Virus record (IMG/VR): IMGVR_UViG_3300042892_003815
Location: 126,951 to 190,950 of that record
Reading direction: 5' to 3' (one strand)
DNA from: a virus
DNA length: 64,000 nucleotides
A program made the position numbers and the translations under genes. Position 1 is the first letter of the stretch, and every line of letters begins with the position of its first letter. This document shows positions 37,822 through 46,400 of the stretch, piece after piece. The notes beneath the pieces were generated by a model that saw nothing but the letters and a program-made list of their open reading frames with translations, did no database searches and was not told the DNA's origin.

Positions 37822-38394
37822 GTGGATAAATTTAGTAGCCTTAAACCAAAAGAAGAATTTAAAAAAGATAAAGAAGAACCAGTTTATCAAGATAAACATA
37901 TGTCAGTCATTAAATTTGAAGACTGGTCAGTGGTAAAACATAAAGATTATGTTGTTTGTATTCCATACTTAATAGAGTCAAATCAAGTCATTTTAAGATA
38001 CGAATATATTCCAACATTCAAATATACAGATGGTACAGAATATCACCTTACATTAGTCGGTGGTGGCGTTGAAGAAGGTGAGGCACACGACTTAGCAATT
38101 ACTAGAGAACTTGAAGAAGAAGCTGGAATTGTTTTAAGAGAAGACTATGAACTAGAACCGTTGAGACCTTTATTCTTAACAAAGATGAATGCCAATAAGG
38201 TTTATCCTTATATCATTGCTTTACATGAAAAAGATTATCACGAGATTGTTCCAAAAGGCGATGGTACAAAACACGAAGCAATGTCTAAATCAGTAAAAGT
38301 AGATATTAAACAATTGAAAAATATTCAAGCATCAGATTTAATTACTGATTATATCTTACTAAAACTAAAAGAATATATGAACCTACAGAAATAA
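37822..38394 (+). CDS. Nudix hydrolase (ADP-ribose pyrophosphatase-like)
   Basis: GGGVEEGEAHDLAITRELEEEAG; GTG start. Confidence 0.85.
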   Translation: MDKFSSLKPKEEFKKDKEEPVYQDKHMSVIKFEDWSVVKHKDYVVCIPYLIESNQVILRYEYIPTFKYTDGTEYHLTLVGGGVEEGEAHDLAITRELEEEAGIVLREDYELEPLRPLFLTKMNANKVYPYIIALHEKDYHEIVPKGDGTKHEAMSKSVKVDIKQLKNIQASDLITDYILLKLKEYMNLQK

Positions 38395-38642
38395 TGAAAA
38401 AATTTAGTGAAAGTACAGGTCATAGAGAAAATGGTGAATGGGTAAATGAAACACCACAAGCTAAATTGAGAAATCAGTTAGGTCCGTTTTGGACTTTAGT
38501 GAGTATATTATCAGAAGAAAGATTAGATAAGATTTTAAATCATCCTGACGGTTTAGAAATGATACAAAAATGTTTAGAACAATGTAAAGATAGTCAACAA
38601 AGAATACTCGACTTAATAAAAGAAACAGAAAAACCATCTTAA
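38394..38642 (+). CDS. Small hypothetical protein
   Basis: 82 aa ORF starting MKKFSES. Confidence 0.7.
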   Translation: MKKFSESTGHRENGEWVNETPQAKLRNQLGPFWTLVSILSEERLDKILNHPDGLEMIQKCLEQCKDSQQRILDLIKETEKPS

Positions 38643-38654
38643 TTGATGGTTTTT
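38629..38654. terminator. Bidirectional intrinsic terminator
   Basis: AAAAACCATC-TTAATT-GATGGTTTTT. Confidence 0.8.
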
Positions 38655-38656
38655 TG

Positions 38657-39121
38657 TTAGTCTTCTAAATTCATTTTATATTCAATGTCAATTGAAATTT
38701 CTGAAATAGTTTCTAGCTCACGAAAGTAAATAAACAAACTAAGATCATCTTCCGATATGATTTTATCAACATCATATGATGCATATGTTTTAGGAAGTCC
38801 ATTTACTAATGGATTAAATTTTACACTTTCATAACATATCACATATTTTCTTGATAAGTGTGTTAAAAAAGGAATAAAATAATCTTTAATTTCTTCCCAA
38901 GTAAATCCTTTATATTTACTTCCTTCTTTAAGAATAGAAATATGAAAGTTTTTATGTGTATAATCATTTGAAACCTCAACTAAAAAGTCTTTATCTATAA
39001 GATAAGCTAAATGTGTTTCACAGAAATCTCTAAGTTCATCTAATTCACCTTCTTCGGGTTTAGAACTAAAATAAAAACTTCTAGTATCTTTATCCTCATT
39101 ATATCTTTTTAAGTATTTCAT
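38657..39121 (-). CDS. Hypothetical protein, paralogue of 8884..9330
   Basis: MKYLKRYNED; DFCETHLAYL and FTWEEIKDYFIPFL. Confidence 0.8.
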   Translation of the reverse strand: MKYLKRYNEDKDTRSFYFSSKPEEGELDELRDFCETHLAYLIDKDFLVEVSNDYTHKNFHISILKEGSKYKGFTWEEIKDYFIPFLTHLSRKYVICYESVKFNPLVNGLPKTYASYDVDKIISEDDLSLFIYFRELETISEISIDIEYKMNLED

Positions 39122-39122
39122 A

Positions 39123-39566
39123 TTAGTAATATCTTTCTAATCCTTCTTTAATTATATCCCCGTGGTCAAATGCCAATTGAGGCAGTTCAGAAATAGCGAA
39201 CCATTTCACTTCCTTAGCGTCATCCGAAGCAATAGGGTTGGCTTCTTCTCCAACCGTAGCAAAGTAAGCCACAGAAATATTATGACTTCTAGGGTCTCTA
39301 TTTGGCTTTCCAAAAGCACCAATTTGTTTCATTGAAATAACTTCAACTTGAGTTTCCTCCATTAGTTCTCTTCTAGCAGCGACTTCTAAATCTTCATTTT
39401 CATCAAGAAATCCACCTGGTAAAGCCCAATGATCTTTAAACGGTTCATTTTTTCTTTTGATTAAAAGAATTTCATCAGTTGATTCTTTGATTACAACTGC
39501 ATCAACGGTTACAAATGTTTTTGAAACGTAAACCTTTGTCTCATTAAATTTATCTAAGTATCTCAT
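39123..39566 (-). CDS. Nudix hydrolase (ADP-ribose pyrophosphatase / NadM-Nudix-like) with capsid-targeting-like N-terminus
   Basis: TVDAVV, LLIKRKNEPFKDHWALPGGFLDENEDLEVAARRELMEET, RDPR, LAFDH. Confidence 0.92.
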   Translation of the reverse strand: MRYLDKFNETKVYVSKTFVTVDAVVIKESTDEILLIKRKNEPFKDHWALPGGFLDENEDLEVAARRELMEETQVEVISMKQIGAFGKPNRDPRSHNISVAYFATVGEEANPIASDDAKEVKWFAISELPQLAFDHGDIIKEGLERYY

Positions 39567-39631
39567 ATAGGTATATATAAAAAAAAGAGAGTTAAAAACC
39601 CTCTTTTCTTCTATAGCTGTTATTAGTTTAA

Positions 39632-40687
39632 TTATATTTTAGAAAGTAATTCTGCTTTCTTTGTAGTGAATTCTTCATCAGTTAAAATTCCTGTTTTATG
39701 TAATTCACCAAGTTTTTGTAATAGTTCAACTGATTTTATTTTGTCATCAATCTTCTCTCTATTTTCTTTTGTATCTTTTTCCCATACGAAATCAGATACA
39801 ACTTCATTTATTTTAGAAATCATTTCCTCACTAAGTCCTTTAGGTACTTTTACTTCAACTAAATTCTTATGAATTTTAATTTCCTTAGTTTCAATAGGTC
39901 TTCTACTTTCAGGTAAGATTTGCAAAATTGTTGAAGCAATATAATACTTATCGAAATCCATATCTACTGATTCAAATTTTTGTTGAGACTTATCTCCTTT
40001 ACCAATTCTACCAGTTTCAATACTTGATGTGTTTGTAACAGACCCTATATTACTAGTATAAGAAGAATTGATTGCCATTGTATTTGAATAGTATGCATTT
40101 CCGGTTGTTGTATTAAGATTAGTTAAATCAATACTACCACCAGTAAGATTAGTAGTAGTAAACGTATTTGTCGTTCCTGTACCACAATAAGGAGCACCGA
40201 TTGTAACATGACTACCCCAGTAAGGATAAGTTGGATAAACCCAGTAAGGATAAGTTCGACCAATTAAAATTTGATTGAATCGACTACTCCAATTTTCTAA
40301 TGTAACAACAGATTCTTTATAAAAGAAAACTTCTAATAATCCATTTTTAGCAATTGCTTGTTGGCTTTCATCGGTATCATCAACTTCATAAGTATCAAAA
40401 ATAAATTTTTTCTTATCGTCAATAAAACAATCTAAATAAAATCTTTGTCCTGGATTTAAAACTAATCCTGATTTTGAAATTGAGTTGCCGTTTAATTTAA
40501 TATCTGCTAGAACGCAGTCTTGAAGTGGGTTAAATAATTCTATCTGAAATTCTTCTTTATCTGATAGATAAACTTTACCTTTTTTGATAGACTTTCTTCC
40601 TCTATCATTGGAATTTACTATCCACGCACTTGGGACAGTAGTTTTGACTTGTTTTGCCATTTTTTGTTTTTTAATTTTTTTATCCAT
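39632..40687 (-). CDS. Hypothetical protein with C-terminal SHOCT-like motif
   Basis: LQKLGELHKTGILTDEEFTTKKAELL; start uncertain (ATG 40687 or 40660; track uses TTG 40702). Confidence 0.75.
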   Translation of the reverse strand: MDKKIKKQKMAKQVKTTVPSAWIVNSNDRGRKSIKKGKVYLSDKEEFQIELFNPLQDCVLADIKLNGNSISKSGLVLNPGQRFYLDCFIDDKKKFIFDTYEVDDTDESQQAIAKNGLLEVFFYKESVVTLENWSSRFNQILIGRTYPYWVYPTYPYWGSHVTIGAPYCGTGTTNTFTTTNLTGGSIDLTNLNTTTGNAYYSNTMAINSSYTSNIGSVTNTSSIETGRIGKGDKSQQKFESVDMDFDKYYIASTILQILPESRRPIETKEIKIHKNLVEVKVPKGLSEEMISKINEVVSDFVWEKDTKENREKIDDKIKSVELLQKLGELHKTGILTDEEFTTKKAELLSKI

Positions 40688-40800
40688 ATCTTTGATTCTC
40701 AATTAAATCTCAAAGGCACCCTATTGATACCCGACATGAATTATATAACAGCTATAACGATATATATTATATTTTTCTTGTTTGTTTATAACTTTTTTTG

Positions 40801-40808
40801 TATCTTTG
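40801..40808 (+). promoter_or_regulatory. Bacteroidota-type -7 element
   Basis: TATCTTTG upstream of ATG 40827. Confidence 0.65.
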
Positions 40809-40826
40809 TATAAATAAATAAAATAG

Positions 40827-42011
40827 ATGATAAACGTAAACAAATTTATACCTGAACTATTCTTAAAACTAACTTCAAAGACTTACCCTCACGGATATGA
40901 GGATATTTGTTTAGAAGAAATGGTAAGTCTTGGTTATTTACCAAAAGACATCAGTAAAGACACTCACGGTAACTACTTCTACAAAATTGGAGAGTCAAGA
41001 ACAATCTTTGCTTCTCACTTAGATACGGTCTCTAGTAAACACGAACCAGTAAAACACGTACTTGATGGTGAAACTATTAGAACTGATGGTACAACTACAC
41101 TTGGTGCAGATGATAAAGCAGGTGTATCTATTATGATTTGGATGATGAAACATAAAATTCCAGGAACATATTACTTTTTCATTGGTGAAGAAGTAGGTTG
41201 TATTGGTTCTGGTCTAGCTGCAAAATATGGTGAATTTAAAGGTATATATGATAGAATTATTTCTTTTGATAGAAGAGGTACTACATCAATTATTACTCAC
41301 CAATCTTGGGCAAGATGTTGTTCAGATGCTTTTGCAGATGCGTTTTGTGCAGAATTAAACAAATCAGATTATAAGTTAAATTATGTCAAAGATGATGGCG
41401 GTGTTTATACTGACTCTGCTGAGTTCGTTGATCTTATTCCAGAATGCACCAACGTTTCTGTTGGATATTATTCAGAACACACTAAAAATGAAAATCAAGA
41501 TATTAGACACTTAGTAAACTTAGCGAGTGCTTGTTTATTAGTTGATTGGGAAAACTTACCAACTAAAAGAGATACATCGGTTTATGAAGGTAAATCTTTT
41601 AAAACTTACAGTACTGCTTCTTATCCAGCAGACTGGGATAACTACGCTACTAAAACTAAAAGAGCAGATACTGGAAGTTCTTGGAGTAGAAGTGGTACTA
41701 AGAGTAGAGACGTTACTTACTACCAAGATTGGTATGATAATTCTGATGATATTATGATGCGAAATGGTGGTAAGAAAACAACTAGAAGAGGAAATAAGAA
41801 AAAAGGTAAAACTTATTTCGATAATGGTGGGAACTTAGTAGAAATTTCTACACCAAACGATAAACAATACGATTGGCTTTTAACAAAATACAATGGTATT
41901 AAACTAAAAGAAAGAGAATTAGAAGTAATTAGAGAACAATATCTAGATATTGAGAACAATGATTATGATAAATTTTTCTACGAATGTTTAGTAGAACAAA
42001 TGTTAGACTAA
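40827..42011 (+). CDS. M28/M20-clan zinc peptidase
   Basis: ASHLDTV, LGADDKAG, GEEVGCIG, SFDRRG, YTDSA, SVGYYSEHT. Confidence 0.85.
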   Translation: MINVNKFIPELFLKLTSKTYPHGYEDICLEEMVSLGYLPKDISKDTHGNYFYKIGESRTIFASHLDTVSSKHEPVKHVLDGETIRTDGTTTLGADDKAGVSIMIWMMKHKIPGTYYFFIGEEVGCIGSGLAAKYGEFKGIYDRIISFDRRGTTSIITHQSWARCCSDAFADAFCAELNKSDYKLNYVKDDGGVYTDSAEFVDLIPECTNVSVGYYSEHTKNENQDIRHLVNLASACLLVDWENLPTKRDTSVYEGKSFKTYSTASYPADWDNYATKTKRADTGSSWSRSGTKSRDVTYYQDWYDNSDDIMMRNGGKKTTRRGNKKKGKTYFDNGGNLVEISTPNDKQYDWLLTKYNGIKLKERELEVIREQYLDIENNDYDKFFYECLVEQMLD

Positions 42012-42015
42012 TAAT

Positions 42016-42043
42016 AAAAAACCCATCTTATGATGGGTTTTTT
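42016..42043. terminator. Bidirectional intrinsic terminator
   Basis: AAAAAACCCATC-TTAT-GATGGGTTTTTT. Confidence 0.85.
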
Positions 42044-42255
42044 ATTTTATGTTTATCTAATATTTCAGATGTCTTTATTACTTCATCTGGTGCATTTCTT
42101 ATGACAGAACCTTCTACATCATGACTTATCTTAAACCTAGATTTTGAGACCTTTTCAATTATCTTCACTGGTGTTATCATATCGTTATACCAGTATTCAG
42201 TAAGAACAATATCACCTTCTTTATAAAATGCTTTGTATTCAAGTATAAATTTCAT
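42028..42255 (-). CDS. Small hypothetical protein (possible SH3/KOW-like fold)
   Basis: 75 aa ORF starting MKFILEYKAF; TAATATATA 4 nt before ATG. Confidence 0.7.
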   Translation of the reverse strand: MKFILEYKAFYKEGDIVLTEYWYNDMITPVKIIEKVSKSRFKISHDVEGSVIRNAPDEVIKTSEILDKHKIKNPS

Positions 42256-42345
42256 ACTGTATATATTAAATTGTTTAATTCTTTTTTCTATTCTTTATAG
42301 AGAAGATGTTATATAATATATATTAAAAAATAAGACTTTAAATTT

Positions 42346-43137
42346 ATGAGTGTACGCAGAAGAACCACAAAGAAACCAATTGCAGACGAAACAAAAGAAA
42401 GGGTAGAACCAGTAAAAAGAACACCAAAAGAAAAAGTAATACCACAAGGTACTCCACAATTTAGAGTGAATTGTAAATTCAAAAACAAAAAACAAAAAGA
42501 AATGCACGATACTATTCTAGAAAATAGAATAACATTTGTAAGAGGTGCCGCAGGAACAGGGAAAACTTTAATATCTTTACTAACAGCATTAGAATGTATT
42601 AAAGATCCAACAGTAAACATAGATCAAATTGTTTTAACGAAACCTATCGTTGAAATTACATCCAGTAGAGGACTAGGTGCTTTACCCGGAGATATAAATG
42701 AAAAAACTTTAAGTTATTATACACACTTTTATGATAGCTTAACAAAACTAATCGGAACGGAGCCAACAAAATTACTAAAAGAAAGAGGTGTTATAAAAGA
42801 CACGGTATTAAACTTTTTAAGAGGATCAACATTTGGAAAATGGGATGCTCAAGGTAATCCAGTTGGTTCTTTTTGTATTTTTGATGAATCACAAAACTGT
42901 TCTCCAGTAGAAATGAAAACTTTTATTTCCAGAATGGGTGAAGAATCTAAATTAGTAATAATGGGAGATTCGGACCAAATTGACTTAAAATTGAATAAAG
43001 GAGAGAAATGTGGTTTAGATGATGCTTGGGATAGACTTCAAGGAGTTCCAGGAATTGGATTTATTGAATTTACAGAAGATGATATTGTAAGAGATCCATT
43101 CCTAATTGAAATCATGAAACGTTATAAACAACAATAA
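42346..43137 (+). CDS. phoH: PhoH-like ATPase
   Basis: GAAGTGKT, LTKP, LGALPG, FLRGSTF, DESQN, SRMG, MGDSDQID, DIVR. Confidence 0.93.
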   Translation: MSVRRRTTKKPIADETKERVEPVKRTPKEKVIPQGTPQFRVNCKFKNKKQKEMHDTILENRITFVRGAAGTGKTLISLLTALECIKDPTVNIDQIVLTKPIVEITSSRGLGALPGDINEKTLSYYTHFYDSLTKLIGTEPTKLLKERGVIKDTVLNFLRGSTFGKWDAQGNPVGSFCIFDESQNCSPVEMKTFISRMGEESKLVIMGDSDQIDLKLNKGEKCGLDDAWDRLQGVPGIGFIEFTEDDIVRDPFLIEIMKRYKQQ

Positions 43138-43203
43138 TATAACAATTATTCTCTTTATAGGTACTCAATTTTTAATATATACAATGAAAAAAATTTTTTT
43201 GTT

Positions 43204-43419
43204 GTGAAAAAAACTGATGATTTAATTTATGATTTAATATTCTCAGATGAAACTTACTACTTAATTGACATTTCAAACTATATAAAAGATATTTATCAAT
43301 ATGATACATTCATATCTTCTATAAGAGAAGTGTTAAAAAAGTCAAAGGTTAGGATTGTCAAAAGTGATGTTAAACTAGACAGCAAGACAGTTATTTGGGA
43401 ATTAAAAGTAAAAAAATAA
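43204..43419 (+). CDS. Small hypothetical protein
   Basis: 71 aa, GTG start, late-type promoter at 43173-43181. Confidence 0.65.
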   Translation: MKKTDDLIYDLIFSDETYYLIDISNYIKDIYQYDTFISSIREVLKKSKVRIVKSDVKLDSKTVIWELKVKK

Positions 43420-43422
43420 TTT

Positions 43423-46400
43423 ATGTGGACATTTAATACTGATTATAACAAATGGGTAACCGTTAAAGATAAAATATCAAAAAATAATTTTGATTATTTA
43501 AAACAAGAGCTGGCTTCTACAAGATTCTATTCTAAGTGTCTTAGTGGTGCAACTTACTTACCTATAAATAATTTAGATAATATTTATGATATTTTAGGTG
43601 AATATGAACCAAGAAATTGGTATGTGAGTAACGTTGGATCTGTATATACTTCAGGTGTAATTCCTACTAATTTTAAATCTCCAATAACTAATCTTACATC
43701 TTATGATTTTTATGAGAAGTATGTATCTGAATATGGCTTAACTTTAAAAAATCTATTTACACCAGATAGACTTATAAAAGATTCAGTTAAAAACTTTATA
43801 TATGTTGATTTAGCGACAACAACTAATTTTTTAGATTTAGGTGCAACTTTTAATGAGTTATATATTGACGGTATTAGAGTTTTAAATGATCATAGAATCT
43901 TAGTAAAAGATCAAATATCAACAACTGTTCTACCATTTGATAGAGATCCAAATACATATTTCAAAGGTAATTATACATTAGTTCAAGACTATGGTGCAAC
44001 CATAGAATATAACTTCTATAACTCTGATAATGGTATTTACACATTCAATAAAGGTAAATTATATAAAACTACTGAATTGAGTGACTATGCGGACTGTATT
44101 AGATATAGTGTTTCTGTTAAACTAGGAAATATCAATACACAGAAACAATTCCATTTAAGTAGATTACTAAATGGTTATTATCCAACTACATCTTTAAATG
44201 AACCTATAGAGTTTAGAGAAAAACAAAATTGGTTATTGAGAAATAGAGTTGACTATAATAATCTATTTGAAATAAACTATTATGATGTAGTAAAATATAC
44301 AACACAATCTTATTATTTAGATGGTGTTACATATAGTATTCCGGAAAGAAGTATTGCAATTGGTGAATTTGGTGTTATTTTAAATACGCAAGGGGGATTA
44401 TCTAATATCATTCCAAATAAATATAAAGTAAATCTTAGAAGTATTTCTCAGACAGAAAAATACTATTGGATCTGTGGTGATGATGGAATACTTTTAAAGG
44501 TAAGAAAACATGATTTTACTATTGAGAAAATAGAGACAAATGTTACAACTAATTTAAAGTCTGTCTCATTTTATAATGACCTTAAAGGTGTAATTGTTGG
44601 AGATTTAAACACAATATTGATAATCAATGATGGTTTAACTTGTAATAAAATAATAGTTGACGACTTTGATTCATATTATTACAATAAGGCAATATTTTAT
44701 TCATCTAGTAATATTTATATTGTAGGTAATTCAGGAGTATTTCTTGAACTTAAAGAAGATATACAAGGTTGGGATGTTTATAAAAGAAGAGTTTCTAGAT
44801 TTATAGATGATTTTGAAGAATATTTACTTGTTGATAATATAAATGATATTTATATAACAAAAGATTTGAATTGGGGATTAAGTTTTTCTTATTCAACACA
44901 AAGTTGTTTACCTGATAAAGAAATATTACTACTAACAACTGCAGAAAATAAAATAATTGTTTATGATATAAACAGTTCAATACCTAATTTTGATTTTATA
45001 TATCTTAGTTTTAAAGAAGACTATGGTGATATTAAGTCAATTACAAGATTTGAAGGTACTGGTACATCATCAAATATATTTTACTTTAATTGGCTAAAAA
45101 ATAATGGACAGGGTGGTATATCATCATTTAATTTAAACACATTTGATTATGTTGGAGTTGATAACATATACTCTAATACCACTACTAATTCACAGACTGC
45201 TCAACCAGAAAGTAACTTATATGTAAATAAGATATTTAACTATAATGCAACTGAATTACTAGTTTGTGGTAATAGTTCTTTATTATTGTCATCGAACTAT
45301 AATAACACACTTGTATTTAATACACCTGATCCGACTTTGGATTCTAGATTGAAATCAAAAATGTTATTTTTGGATTATGATATTGCAAGCAAATTAAACT
45401 TTTTTACAGATCTTGGTGATTATAGACTACCAAATGAGGCTAAGTTCTATCTATCAAGTACTGCTAGTAACTTTTTAATATCATCAACCAGTTCAGCTTT
45501 ACCACTTTTTACTAATACTGTTACTACTGATACTATAACAATTAGTAATGATAGACCAATACCTCTTAATATTGAAGTAAATTTAAACTTAAATACAACA
45601 TCAATAAATAGATTATTAGTAAACTTAAAAACACCGAGTGGTAGAATAATAAATCTTAAAAGGAATAATAGTGGTACTGGTCTAACATTCTCAAATACTA
45701 AATTTTGTACTAATACTGGTTATACTTATTTTAGTAATACACCTGATATTATTTATAATAATATGAAATATCAAATGGATAAAGTATTGGGAGTTGGTAG
45801 TCCAGGTTGGATATCAAATACTAACCTACTTAGTGAATTATTTTCAGGATCTTCTATAAATGGAAATTGGACATTATATGTTGATGTAATAGAACCATTC
45901 TCAATATCACCAATTAGTATTTTTGAAAGACGAAGACCACTAAATGTTCCTGCAGGTACATTTAGTAATTGGAATATAAATTTCATCTATCAAGACTCAA
46001 ACATAGTTTCACTGACCGCCAGTGGATCTAATCTATGGTTTGATCCATTAGTATATGGTGCAACGGCTCCAAGTTTTATGACTCAATCAGAAACAAATTG
46101 GTTAACATATTGGAAAGATACGGAAAAAACATTTAGATACTATGCAAATGGTACTGCCTCACCACTTGATGAATCGACAAAAGTTTTAATATCAACAACT
46201 TTTTCATATTTTACGAATAGTGGATCATTTTCAGTTGTTTCAAGTGGTGTAACAAATTCAATAACACAGTTAGAAAGATTGGCACCTTATTCAATTGATT
46301 TTGAAAAAAGTAAATTTAATGGTTTAACTGGTCCTTCTATTATATATCCTACCGTATTGTATAATATTTATTTAAAAGATTCAATAATGATTATTAGGGT

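Noticed and set aside
43184-43207. Programmed -1 frameshift (ATG AAA AAA ATT TTT TTG with a T TTT TTG heptamer) joining ATG 43184 to the 43204 ORF
   Set aside because: The ATG is only 2 nt from the promoter motif (others are 4-5 nt), so it is probably not in the transcript. A GTG start or a homopolymer assembly error is simpler. Reads would settle it.
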